A stretch of DNA of 51,010 nucleotides. It comes from Aplysia californica (lineage: Eukaryota). This document shows, in pieces, positions 1 to 12,600 of the stretch; within the stretch, counting starts at the first letter, position 1; the number at the start of each line of letters is the position of its first letter. The notes under the pieces were generated by a model that saw only the letters and a list, made by a program, of their open reading frames with translations, was not told the DNA's origin and searched no databases. The DNA lies in contig NW_004798023.1 of assembly GCF_000002075.1 (NCBI RefSeq), positions 318,675 through 369,684 on the forward strand. Direction: 5' to 3'. The translations under genes were made by a program, and so were the position numbers.

Positions 1-899
1 CCTCCCCCTCCCCACACACACATGTATATATCATTCATATATATATTGTATATTGGCCTACATGCCCGATTATTTTTATAATGACAACCCCCAAAAAGCT
101 ATAATTAATATGGATTTCATGGTTCTGCAATATCTAGGTGTTCATTCGTCAGTTGGCATAAATCCATTTGGTTCTTATTATTATACAAAGGACCAGTTTT
201 ACAAGTATTTGGTATCTTTATATTTAGTATGTCTATGCGTTGCCCATATAATATGTTTAGGGTATAGGAACAGTAAAGTCTATGAACAGTTTATATAGGA
301 ACAGTAAAGTCTATGAACAGTTTATATTAGGCCTATGTATTGTGATCTTCAACGAAAGCAATCATTTTATTTTGGGATATGCCCAGATTGAACAGCGGTG
401 CTCGGCTCGAGGCCTGTAATTAAAATTATTATTCGGGGCTGTTTTTTTTTTGGGGGGGGGGGGCTTAATTAACCTATCTATTTTAGTGTGTCGAATGTAG
501 TAAATGATTTATAAAAGGAAAGAACATTGTAGGCCTAGTTAAGAAAGTGTAACCATTAATGGACTATACTGCTCATGAAAGCTTATCGAATTATTCTTCA
601 TAGTGAGTAAAGTGGGCCAAAGTAAAAAATAATAACTCCTCAGTCTCGTTGGTTGAAGAGGCCCTTTAATGAAAAAAAAAGAGAAAATACAAATCTGAAC
701 GGATTAGGCCGTTTATGCAAAAGAATCCTTTTGCTATAACATTAAATTTTTCTCTTTCTCTTGCAAGGGTAAGATCGAACGTTGTTAATACAAACGACGC
801 GAATGTGACGTTTGTCCTTTAGATTTCGCGGTTTTTTCCCTCTCTCAGAAAAAACATCAAACAAAATCTGGGGATATGGTAGACTTTGTTTACAATCTC

Positions 900-989
900 C
901 ATGGCGTACAATTGTAGAGAAGTGGAAGCAACACTCGGTGACGTTTGCAGTTGTAGGCAAAGCTGACCCTTGCGAAATAGACGGTAAGG
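900..989 (+). promoter_or_regulatory. Candidate non-coding first exon and 5' splice donor of the annexin gene
   Basis: ACG|GTAAGG donor at 983/984 in a locally CpG-richer stretch upstream of the 3627 acceptor; the start coordinate is arbitrary. Confidence 0.35.
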
Positions 990-1295
990 AAATCTTCTGA
1001 TGTCATAATACCAAAGTCAAGTCGGCTGCCCGTCCTTTCTTACTTCTGGTAAAACTTATCTTTTTTTCATTAGCAGGGTCTTATACTTTCTAGAAAGCAG
1101 TGGGCGCGAAATACCGACCGACGTTATGGCACTATAGATAATAGTAGTTATTATAATTATGCTATAAGTTGTTTTGCATGCTCTACTGATTCCGTTAACC
1201 ACCCCCCCAAAAAAACCCCAAACAAACAAGAAAAACAGGTGAGTCGCGGCAGGGTGTTGTTTTGAACTGTTAAATTCATTTGTTTTGTTATTCAT

Positions 1296-2080
1296 CATAG
1301 ATAAACTTGATCGTGAGGAGATCAACATCAGGATAGGGAAAGCAGCAGCAACTTTTGGAAGGCTGACAAAACGAGCATGGGAAAACAAAAGATTAACCTT
1401 CAAAACAGATCAAGATATACGAAGCATGTGTCCTCAGCACACTCCTTTATGGATCTGAAACATATGGACAGCAGACATGAAAGAAAAGCGCCTCGAAATT
1501 TTCCTCCTCAGATGCTGCCGCAAGATCTTAGGCATTTCGTGGCGTGACAAGGTTACAAATGTAGAAGTGTCGACACGGGCAAACCTCCAGAGCATGACAA
1601 CTATCTTATGTTTAAAAAGATTGATCGAGATGGCTGGGCCATGTCAAAAGAATGGATGACATTAACCGGATTCCGAAGATCTCTATGGAGAACTTGCCCA
1701 GGGAAAGAGACCAAGAGGAAGACCAAAATTGAGGTACAAAGACACCTGCAAAAACAACTTGTCTAAGCTTGGAGTATATGTTAGCATCTGGGAAGAAATA
1801 GCTGAGGACAGGAAAAGATGGAGGAAAATGACAAAGGAAATAACTAATGCTAGAGAGCAGCCTTAGAAACAACCAGGCTGAGAAGCGCCAACGACGAAAG
1901 GAAAATAGCAGAAATACAGAGCTTCTATCTACGTCACTGACAGGCAAGCACTGCTACAGAATCTGCGCTTCAAACATAGAAAGAATTAGCCATTAAAGAA
2001 ACTGCATAAAGACAACCTTGAGACCATCCTAAACTAATAATTGACCGCCTGCATAGACGAAAAGAGCCATATATATATAT
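1296..2080 (+). mobile_element. RTE-clade LINE, decayed 3' fragment
   Basis: Frameshifted EEINIRIGKAAATFGRL..IYEACVLSTLLYGSET..RKILGISWRDKVTN..GKRPRGRPKLRYKD; ends in a (TA)n tail. Confidence 0.88.
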
Positions 2081-2488
2081 ACATACATAAACATTATAGT
2101 GGCTCGCTCATGACTATTTAAAGCGATATATATAATATATAATATCGTGATATTCATTATATTATTAATCTAGGCTAGTTTCTCTTGTGATTAGTTTCAA
2201 ATGTACCTTTCTTTGGGAACCATTCAGCTGTTGCTCAAGTGGAATGTTGGGTTGGTAAAGGCCTATATTAAACCTAAGGAAGAATTGAAGGTTTAAAATG
2301 ATTCAATTAGTTTAGAAATAATATATTGTATAAGTCTTCCTTTCTCTTTCATTGACTGAGACCTTTTTAACAGTAGGCTTAGTTGTATTATTTTATAGGC
2401 CCTATGCTTGTCAATCCATGGTTCAGAAAACTGTTATATCTAATACTGTAGGCTCATCTATATGCTAGGCAACATTTTTACATTTGGG

Positions 2489-2642
2489 GGAGGAGTTCTG
2501 CAGAGGGCCGGCACTTACTTTGACAAGGTCCACTGAGCAAACTATATAAGACTTAGGGTTAAGGTTAGGAAGGTATACCCTGCTCAAAATATCCTCTCTT
2601 CTGTGTGTTGTTGGTCGGCCGGCCCTCTGCGGAACTCCTTCC
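2489..2642. mobile_element. MITE (~155 bp) with ~24-bp terminal inverted repeats
   Basis: GGAGGAGTTCTGCAGAGGGCCGGC ... GCCGGCCCTCTGCGGAACTCCTTCC; internal TTAGGGTTAAGGTTAGG. Confidence 0.7.
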
Positions 2643-3052
2643 TTAATTGGAGTTTAAATTGTTGTTGTTTGTATCTCTGTGCTTTTTAAGAAAAAAACGT
2701 TTTAGCAGCAGTAAGTGTTGCAGTATCACTCTTTGTGATGGTGGCTTAAATTTTTTATTGTGGTTTTTAATAGTTAGTTGAAGTAGTTGGAATAAGGAGT
2801 AGTACAGTCGAAGTTAAGAATAGGTAGTTATGACATTTGTTGGCTGGATAACTTTTTTTAATTTCTCAAATTATGACAAAAAATGGACTTCAAGTAAGTT
2901 TTCAATGAAGAGTTTAAGTGTGGTTTAACTGATTATAGAGATACCGTGGGATATCCTGAAGGCAATATAAAAATCAAATGAGTTTATGCTGAGAGAAGCC
3001 TTGTCATGATCTATCAAACTATTAGTTTGTTTTGGTTAGTGTTTTACAGCTG

Positions 3053-3514
3053 GACACATTAAACATTTTCAGTTTAGGATTTTTGAACTTTGCATGGGTG
3101 ACGGCTGAAGCCTACCCTTATCGATTTCAGGACCACGTATGGATTTTTAAAATGTACAACTTGGACACGGGACCTCCGAGATTTTTCGCTCTTATCTGAG
3201 AACACTAGGTGTTAGATCTTATCTGCCATAAAATCAGGATTGTGGCTGAAAGACAGCAGTAAGAAGGAGCCAAGGAGTAGCACTAGAGAAGCTGTAGAAA
3301 GAGTCAATAGCCTAAAGGAGGGGGCAACGGTGAGAGGGGGGGGGGGGCAGAAAGTGGAGATGAAAGCAGATGACAGACCATTGTTAGAGAGCCAGGAAAG
3401 GAGGTGAAAGGAGAACATTTTAGAGAAGAAAATTTTCCGTCACTGTCAGGTTTCGAACATGGGACCTATTGAACGAGAGGCATACACTGTAACCTTTAGA
3501 TTTCGAGAGTCCCC
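3053..3514 (-). mobile_element. tRNA-derived SINE with Deu/Nin-like central domain
   Basis: Similar to the copies at 33480-34026, 36408-38105 and 45030-45337; B-box-like GTTCGAAACC on the - strand. Confidence 0.8.
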
Positions 3515-3656
3515 TATCAAACTATATATTGATCCTTATTTTTAAAAATCTGAGGCTGGTTATGAAGAGATCCTTGATATCTGATATTTTGTACCTTTAT
3601 GTTTTCTTTTGTCTTTCGTTTTACAGGTTTGACCCCTTTCAAGCTAAGGCACAGAT

Positions 3657-3668
3657 ATGTATTACCAG
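3657..3668 (+). CDS. Annexin first coding exon (MYYQ); exon begins at 3627 after a TTACAG acceptor
   Basis: Polypyrimidine tract + CAG at 3601-3626, ATG at 3657, donor CAG|GTGATA; phase 0 matches the next exon. Confidence 0.7.
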
Positions 3669-6600
3669 GTGATACACTGTGACTTATCATTTACTTGTAA
3701 AGCTTGTTTATTCGTGTTTGTGTGTTAAGTTTAGGCATCTGTTAGGAATCACAACTGATTGTTGATGCCTCTCTAGACCATCAAAGTGTATCACTGGAAT
3801 TCCCCCCCCCCCCCCCGAAAAAAAAAATCACTAATGCAGATTTGTGAAGAATTTAGAAGAAAAGTTAGTTTCAGCTCCATATCCTCTTAAAATAAGTTAT
3901 CCCCTTTGTGACCTATATGATATGCGCTGTTCGTCATATTTTCTCACACGGGAAGCAAGACAAAATGCTGCTGTGACGTACGCCATTCGTCATGCCTTGC
4001 AAAGCGCGAGGACCATGATGACGAATGGTTCGTCATAGCCTAGGTTGTATTCTGCAAACTGTTTATATTATATGCAGTTTGTAAAACAAATCGCAGATTC
4101 ACATTCAGGAAGTTTTTTTTTCATTTAAAGAAATCTTGTCCTTTTAGAGATAGATAGTAGTATTTACAAACCAGGTCTAATTATAGCCACTAGATCGAGC
4201 GCTTCTCTGTGTCTCTAGGGATAAAAAACTGTACCTTGTGAAGCACAAATTAACTGACCTGGTGTCACGAAGGGGTTAAAAGAATTCTTTTCACAGTATG
4301 TCATGGCAACCCACATGTTGCTGAACAGAGAATGGAGACCCTAGATGTGTGTAGTAGGTCACGTAAAATCTGAATGGAGGGCTCAACTTTACTTTTATCA
4401 GTTATACATGTAAATGAGCAGGTAATACAAGGTTTTCACATCTCATCTTCCTTGCTATTGTTGAAAAAGAAAAACCCCCCCACCCATCTAGATTATCCGG
4501 AAGTGTGTCATGCTCATGAGGTCTTGCAAGATGCGTCTTGTGATGGCCTTTAGCGGAGCTCGAAAAAGAGTTTGATAAATGTTAACCTGGGAGAAAGGTT
4601 ANNNNNNNNNNNNNNNNNNNNNNNNNNNNNNNNNNNNNNNNNNNNNNNNNNNNNNNNNNNNNNNNNNNNNNNNNNNNNNNNNNNNNNNNNNNNNNNNNNN
4701 NNNNNNNNNNNNNNNNNNNNNNNNNNNNNNNNNNNNNNNNNNNNNNNNNNNNNNNNNNNNNNNNNNNNNNNNNNNNNNNNNNNNNNNNNNNNNNNNNNNN
4801 NNNNNNNNNNNNNNNNNNNNNNNNNNNNNNNNNNNNNNNNNNAGGGTGCTTGACCTACGAAATGAGCTCTGAATCCAAAAAATGGGTAAAAAAAATAATT
4901 AAGTAATCTTAAACCACAAACTTAAATGAAAATAATGTCCGTTTTATTAAGTCATCATCTAAAGTGTTCTAACTTTTTTTCCCCTGTGATGTTTCTTCCC
5001 TCAGTCTAACTACCCAGCCTATTACGCTGGAGCAGGCTCATACCCCCCTCCCCAGTATCCCAACTCTGGCCCTCCTCCGCCACCCATGGCCATGAATGCA
5101 CACAGTGCCTACAATGTCAACCAATACCAGAGTAGGAATTATCTTCATTATGTTTGTTTGTAGTTTTTTTTCTTTGGAAGTAACTGTGCGATAAAAGATG
5201 TTTCAAGTTTTTCTGTGAGTAAAGCAATGAATTGCAGTGTTGTCAAGCAAGTTTAAATCTAATTCTGGATCTGGTTTTATGTTTGAGTAGGAAACTTTTC
5301 ATTGCTGTCTCAAGAAACATGAGCAACTCGGTTTGATCTTGCTGTGCAGGGTTGGTAAAAATCCTAGGAGATAGGCCTACTCATCTTTATTGCTACAGCA
5401 ATGATTAATTAATTATAGCAATCTTTCAAGGACTCAAATTATATTAGAAGGAAGGAACATTTTACCTAAAAGACTTCATATATTTTGCATTTCTGATTTG
5501 TAAAATTTCCCCATACTTTCTTGATCTAACCTATTTTATGGTGGAGTCTTTGAATATGCAGATATCATATTCATTGCTCTGCTTAGTTCTGGGTGATTTC
5601 TTGATGTGAAAAGTAAAAGATTTAGTCAATTTAATATTCAAAAATGTTCTTCTATACAATTAAATACTGGTGTAAGCAAACCGTTCTATTGAATGTGCAC
5701 CATACCAGCCTAGAACAACGTGTTAGTACTTATCACATTGTACTCTCCCTGCATCCAGTGGGAGGCTACCACCAGCCTCCAGGCTATGTACCAGGCTACG
5801 GAATGCCCGCTGTCCAGCAGATGCACCAGCAATCTATGCAGATGCCACAGCAGGTGAGAACTGTTGCTCGTAAATTTTTTTTGGCTTTGCATGAGTTTTA
5901 AAAATCTTACTAGATGCATGTGCACCCTTTTGAGGGGAAAAGGAAAAGCCAAAAAAAGGAGGGAGAAAAGAAGGGATGAGGGTGGGTGAAGACTGATCTG
6001 ATGGAGAATACATACATACTTTCGCTGTTTAAAGATATGCGACTCTATGCTTCTTCATTCACCTTATGAAGCAGGGTCAAATGGAGTTGAAGCATTTTCA
6101 CTGGGACAGTGGTAATATAATATAGCCTATTTGTCATGACTGACTTGTGTACTTTAACTCATTTCTTCTTTCTTTTTCCATTCTGTTAGATGGGGATCCT
6201 GTCAGGAGCAATTCTCCCAGAATCTGTTGTTATTGTTTCCAAAGTTGTTGTACATCTTTCTCTCCTTGCCATTTTGGTCTTTCTTGTTGTGTTTTGTCTA
6301 CAGTTGTGTTCTGAAATCCATCTCTTTAGTGTATGTGTATATTAGTGTGTACAGATTATAATAATATAGTCGTCTAACAGCTACCTGTCCAAGATAATCA
6401 CTGTTCACCCCCCCCCACTCTTGCCTTTTTAATAGATAATTGCACTGTCCAAGATGTCCACCTGTCGAAAACAATCTCTTTTCTCATCGACAATGGATGG
6501 CTGTTTTGGACTTGGGACAATTTTGACTAATTTGGAAATGATGAAATTATCTGTTGAAGGCAATTGCTGTGTTTTTTTCTGTTGACTTTTGTTTCTTAAG

Positions 6601-9600
6601 ACAACAGGTGATGAGTATTTGTGTCAATGAACCATGCAGTGCTATCTTATGATTGGTTATGTTGCTTAGCTGTGGGTGGTTGGCGGATGCTCTGGTGTGG
6701 TTTGCTTCTTCTTTCCTTACAAACATCTATCGTCCTTATCTCCCTTTCTTCTTTTTTATGTTTGTTACTCTCTTGTAACACCTCTAATCTTCTGAGACTC
6801 ATATGACCTTATGCAGTTGCGAGCGCCGTAAAACCTCTACTAAAACAAAACTGTTCAGCTTGTCTTTTGTGTACTTTCTGTGATCAGCCACCTCAGATCA
6901 TGGAAATGCCAACTACGGCTTACCTCAAGACTGTGGAGAACAGGCAGATGGAGAGGCAAATGGAAAGGCAAATGGAATTAATGGAGGTAGGTTAACAACA
7001 AATGCTGTTCATTCCATTATTTCTTTTTTCTGATTTTTAAATTTTGTTATGAATTGGTTTCTTTTTTATATTTTTTTACCCCCAGCTGTCAATTTAAATC
7101 ATTTAAGTTTTAAAAATGTAGGCCTAAAATAATGCACAGTTGAACTTGTCCAAGATAACCACCCATTGCCGGAGGAAAGTGATCATCTTAATTGAGTGGT
7201 CCTCTTGGATATCATAAGAGACACGTGGAAGTGCTTTCAATTTGATGACGTAACTCTTACATTTAATAGAAGTTTACTTTTGAACAAAACCAAATCTAGC
7301 AGCTTTCAGACTCTGCATTTCAGTCCATGTAACTCAATAACTATTTTTGCCTGCATCTAATGTTTGCATTGTTTATTTGCAGAAAATGGAGGACATGGTC
7401 CGCAGTGGCCAGGTTAGTTCAAGCTTCTTAATTATTTGTTCTAAATCTTAACCCTTTGAGCCCTGACCTCCTGAGGCTATCGTGCCCCTCTGCCTGAGCT
7501 CCTGAGTGATCGATTTAATATTACTAATATTTATATGATCGTCAGAATCTCTTTCCATATTCCACTCAGGGTAGTCCTTGTCGTTACCAGCATTTTATTC
7601 AGGAAGACTTTAAAAATAATCAATAACATCTTGTATAGTAGGCCCTAAATGCTGTTTTCCATACATGTTTTGTCTTTGGCGGGCCGGGTTGGGAATGGAG
7701 TCTCACTCAGCAGTGTACCGATGGCTAGGCATATGGGCAGTTTTACGTGTACCGGTGACAAGGGCTCAAAGAGTTAATGATGTAAATTGATGCTTCAGAA
7801 ATGTATGCTACATATAAAAGTATGAGAATAGTCATGTTTTTATTGATTATTCTGAAGGTTTGAATATATGATAAATTTAGTCTGTATATGTGTGTTCTTG
7901 TCTGCTTATATAACAGTGTTGTGTGGATGTGACAATGTCTAAAAATGATGAGCCACGGTGAATGAAAGAGAAAAAAAGAGAAAGGAGGAGGAAGGAGATA
8001 AATAAATTGTACTACCTTATACCTGTTTGTAGCTTTGGGACTGTCAGTTGTTGAGGGGTTTATGAATGCACACTGAAAAAGCAACACGGATGAGACTTTT
8101 TTAAAGTGTCAATGATTGTTGGGGCATGTCAGTATGGTGAAGACATTAACCTAAGCTAAAAAAAAGGGTACTGTGCTGTTGCAACCTGCAATAGCATTTG
8201 AATATTTGAACTGATAAAGTTGTGGTTTGCTTTGTGTTTTGTAATCTTGTAAACTGTGAATGTAATTTCGCTTGTCTGTAAGTCTCGTTTCTGTTAGGAA
8301 TAGAAGAGGTCTTTTAAAATGTCTTCTAAAATATAAAATAAAATACTCTTTAGGGGGCCAGTAGTATTTTCTGTATCAGAGTTCCTTTCTATTCATCGCA
8401 ATGTACATCCATTGAGTTTATTTTTTAAATAGTCTTTCATTTGCCAAATGCATAAATGCAAACATTACTTTCGAAAGTTGTGAGATCATTGCTTATGGCG
8501 GAAAAATTTTCAAGCAGTGTAGTCCATCTGTAATTTTACTAAACTTTTTTGTTGTGGTAAAGAAGCACTTTTTTTTTGAAAAGGTGATTATTTCATTGGC
8601 TGTTCAGTTTTCATCCACATTATTGTTTAATTTATTGTGAAAGTAAAACTTGAGTTTAAAACATTTTCTCTTTTTTTTCCCAAAGTGCTTTTCATTGATT
8701 CAGTTGTTATTCAGCACATACATCTTGTTTGTACATTTTTCGCAGGATATTCACAGTCAGAAACCGGAGGAGATCATTGAAAAGGCAGAAAATCCAATCA
8801 AGCCGGTTCAGGCCACAGATGTGGTAAGTTTCTATAATATGCCACTGCTCTCTTTTGCCTGCTTGAACAATATCATTTAAAAAATAAACAGTCTCATATG
8901 ACACACCAATAATTCTCATCAGTTATTGCCACTCTTTCATTAGGGCTTCTCTATCATCTTTTATTTGTGCTTGGTATGACTTCTGTCTCTCTATCTTTTT
9001 TAACTGATTCAACGCGCAGATAATTTTGACTTATGTTGCAAATAATTTGTGATGGCTTCGTGACCTCATGGGTGGTCTCACAAAAAGTTAAACGAAGAAA
9101 TATCTAGATTTGATAAAACCCAAAGTGTGGCACATAGAAATGTTCAGAATAAAAAATACCATTCAATGACACCCCCAGCGGAAACATCACAAGACAGTCA
9201 CTGCAGTGGAACCCACAGGGAGCACGAGGCAGGGGTAGGCCACGAGAAACATGGTGGAGATGCGTGGAAAGGGACATGAGAGAAATGAAGCTCACTTGAA
9301 ACGAGCTTGGAAGGATGGCTCAGGACAGAGATAAATGGAAGGAGCTTGTATGTGGCCTATACCCTGCCAGGGGTGAAAGGCATTGATGATGATGATGATT
9401 CAATGACACCAGAAAAAAGAGTTGAAATGTAAGCGGTCAAGAAAAAAATACAAGAGGAAATTGATCAAAGAAAGGGACCAATTGATGAGAGCCGCTCTGC
9501 GTAAAAACACAGGAGACAGTCGGCGCTTGTGAGCAGTGCTGCGGGCCTCATCCGTTAACCAGCACCTGTGTTTAATTGCCAGGGTTTTGCGATTGCGTGC

Positions 9601-12600
9601 ATAAGACATGAATTTGGTTCCAGCATGCGGAATATATTTTATTAAGTATCTACTACTTTTGCTTGGATGCTGTATCTCACGCAGCCTATCCAGGATAACC
9701 CTGACAAGCAGAGTCAAAGCAGTCTATACCTTTTAAATTATTTACCCTATTGTGTCTATGGGGTTGTAAAACATTTACAATCAGTGGATGCCTCCCTTTC
9801 AATGTGAGCTGGTCCCAGTCCTGTTTTAACTAATTTGACATATACTCAGGGCAAAAAAAGCTTTAAATAATTTTTCAAATTTCTTTTGGAATCTTATAGA
9901 AATATTTAGGCCTAGATCTAATGAAAATTAAATTGTTTTTGTCTTTTTTGAAATTTTTGCATACATCACTATTTTCTATCAATGTGCTATATAATATACA
10001 TTTATGTTACCTTAGTATCCACTGTTTAGTCTTCAGTTTATGATGAAACAATCTTTCATTTTTTGAACAGGCTATGTCAGACCAGCAGATACAAGCAGCT
10101 GTCAAAGAGGAAATGAAGCGTGTATATGTTGCGGAGCTGATGCGACGCCAGTGTGTCTCTGGTACGTTTGAGGTCACCGAGGGCACCGTGAAGCCTTTCA
10201 AGGTCTATGTAGAGGGGGACCCTGTGGCGGACTGGAAAGAAAAGAAGCAGAGCATGAACATCAGAGGCAAGCCGTGGGACCCAGAGTATGATTGTGAATA
10301 CCTTCGAGATGCAATGAAAGGCTTGGGTAAGTCTTTGCATTCAGTGTATTTACAAGAAATGGACTTGATTTCATGTGCTGTAGTAGCACAGCTACTTATA
10401 GACTTGACCAACATTTGAAAGTGTGAGATTTGTATCCAGATAAGGTCTGAATTAGTCATGAGAGTTTAGCGAGTGCTCTTGTGTGTTATGCTCCTTCTTT
10501 CCTTTCAAACACTTATCATCCTATCTCTCCTTTTTAATTTCTTTGTATTCGGTATATTACTCTCTTGTATCAGTATCACCTTTCATCTTTGGTACTTATA
10601 TCCCAAATTGTGTTGCAAGTACTGTAAAAATCTTACTATAGAACTAGATTAAAACTAAGAAGTCTGAATTATTCTTCTTCCTTGAGGTAGGAACAGTTTA
10701 TTTCAACATGGTGTCCTGTCAGGGCACGCACTTTTTGCTCCACTTTTGAAATAACATGTAGTGGAATTTTAGTTGCTATGGGGAATTCCTTGTCTAGTAG
10801 TTTCTCTAGTCAGGGTTGTTGGTCAGCTGCCTTCCTTGGCTCTAATTGGTTTCATTTAATTTTTGGCTCGGAACTTTAGAACCTAAACTTTGAAATGTAA
10901 CCTTGCGCTCAAGGAAATTTTCCTTTCACACATCCATGACAAAAAGTTTGCTTTTGAGATTAAAAAAAAGAATGGAAATTCTTCCTTGTCTGGGTATTCC
11001 ATTAGATGTTCTTAAAGTAAACCATGCAAGGAAATGACACCTATGGAGTGATATATAGCTTCTGAGGAACGTAGCCTATTCTGGAAAATGCTTTTCCTTT
11101 TTTCTTCCAGGCACCAATGATGATGCAGTCATCCATATTGTGTCCAGCAGATGTAACCAGCAGAGACAGGAATTAAAGGAAATCTTCAAAACTATGTATG
11201 GACGAGTAAGTACTTTGAGAATGTTACAAGTTGTGTACTCGCACATGATGAATGATTCTACTTTTGAGCTGTTTCCCTCTGACAGAAGCTCTGTGACATG
11301 CTCTGGGATTGGTTTTCTTTTAGGACTTTTATTCAGATTAACTGATACAGGGCCCATACTCATCTACACAGGCATTCTATTTTAAGATAAATCTCTGTCA
11401 TTGCCGAATGGGAAGTAGGATACCTCTTCTTCTTCTTGTCATTGTCCTTCACCTCCCTCTGCATGTCTTTCTCTTTCATTTTCCTCTTCTTCTTCAAAAC
11501 ATCCTGTTTTTTTATATAAAAAAGAGTGTTAATTATACTTTATCAAATGTAAAGAAGAAAAAAAGAAAAAAATGTCTTAGAGTGCTTACTAGAATGTGTA
11601 TTAATCTTTTTTAACATTTGCAGCATGTTTATTGTTCTAGAGCTCTTCCAAAATTTAATGGTTTTGATTGAAGTGTGGTCAGGTTTAGAGAAATTATTTT
11701 AGAGCATATTGACAAAACTGCCTGCTCTGTCTCTCTATGCACAGTGCAAATAGAATAGGAGTACTTTATAGGTGCTTTTCTCGACTGCTAGAGTAAATCT
11801 TCTTCTACTTTTTTCTTTATCTTTCGAGGATAGATTTTGGAACTTTTTTAAAATGGGAAATTTTGGACTTGGACAATTTGCAGACAACACTAAGGAAATA
11901 ACTCATTTATCCTTCAGGACCTGATAACTGATCTGAAATCGGAGCTCAGTGGAGACTACAAGGAGCTTGTGATGGCTTTGTTTGTGCCCCCTGCAGAGTA
12001 TGACGCGTGGTGCATCAAGGAGGCCATCTATGTGAGTATCTTCTATCTCTCTCTGGCTTTTTAGTTTTAGCAAGTGTCTCTGGCTTTGGATAATTGGTTG
12101 GTTCTTTCTTTAGGGGAATGAGTGTTTTTTGCGTCCTAGGAATGATTGTTGTAGTTCTGGTTTTACAAAATTTTATGTGTGGCCCTTTATGACTTTAAAC
12201 AAACTTCTATTTTTTTTGTCATGAAGTGTATTGATAGAACAAAAGTAAATGTTCCTAACTGGGATATAATTGCTGTAGTATTTCTTAGTGTGATGTATAT
12301 GACATGACCGCAGATGGAGGGAAAAGTATTTTAAGGTTCATACTCAGTTCTCTGTTCATTTAACAAATTATACCTTACTTAATTGTCTAACGATTGTTGA
12401 AACATTTTTTTTCTATAGAGGTGTTGCATTAAAAGCATACAAGACAACACGTCAGTTACAACAGTTACGGTTCCGACTTACTCTTGACAAATCAGTTCCC
12501 TTAAACACAGACTACACACTCGTACTTCAGTGTAGTGGATTGGAGCTGTAACTGCAAGGTTTTAGCCTGCTCTCTAATCAGGACTCAACAAGGCTGCCTC

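Noticed and set aside
263-326. 31-bp exact tandem duplication
   Set aside because: Simple local duplication with no sign of function.
2552-2570. Telomere-like TTAGGGTTAAGGTTAGG
   Set aside because: Only about three degenerate units, internal to a MITE.
4572-4872. ORFs spanning N-runs (also near 21370, 26792, 28311, 45969)
   Set aside because: Artefacts of assembly gaps.
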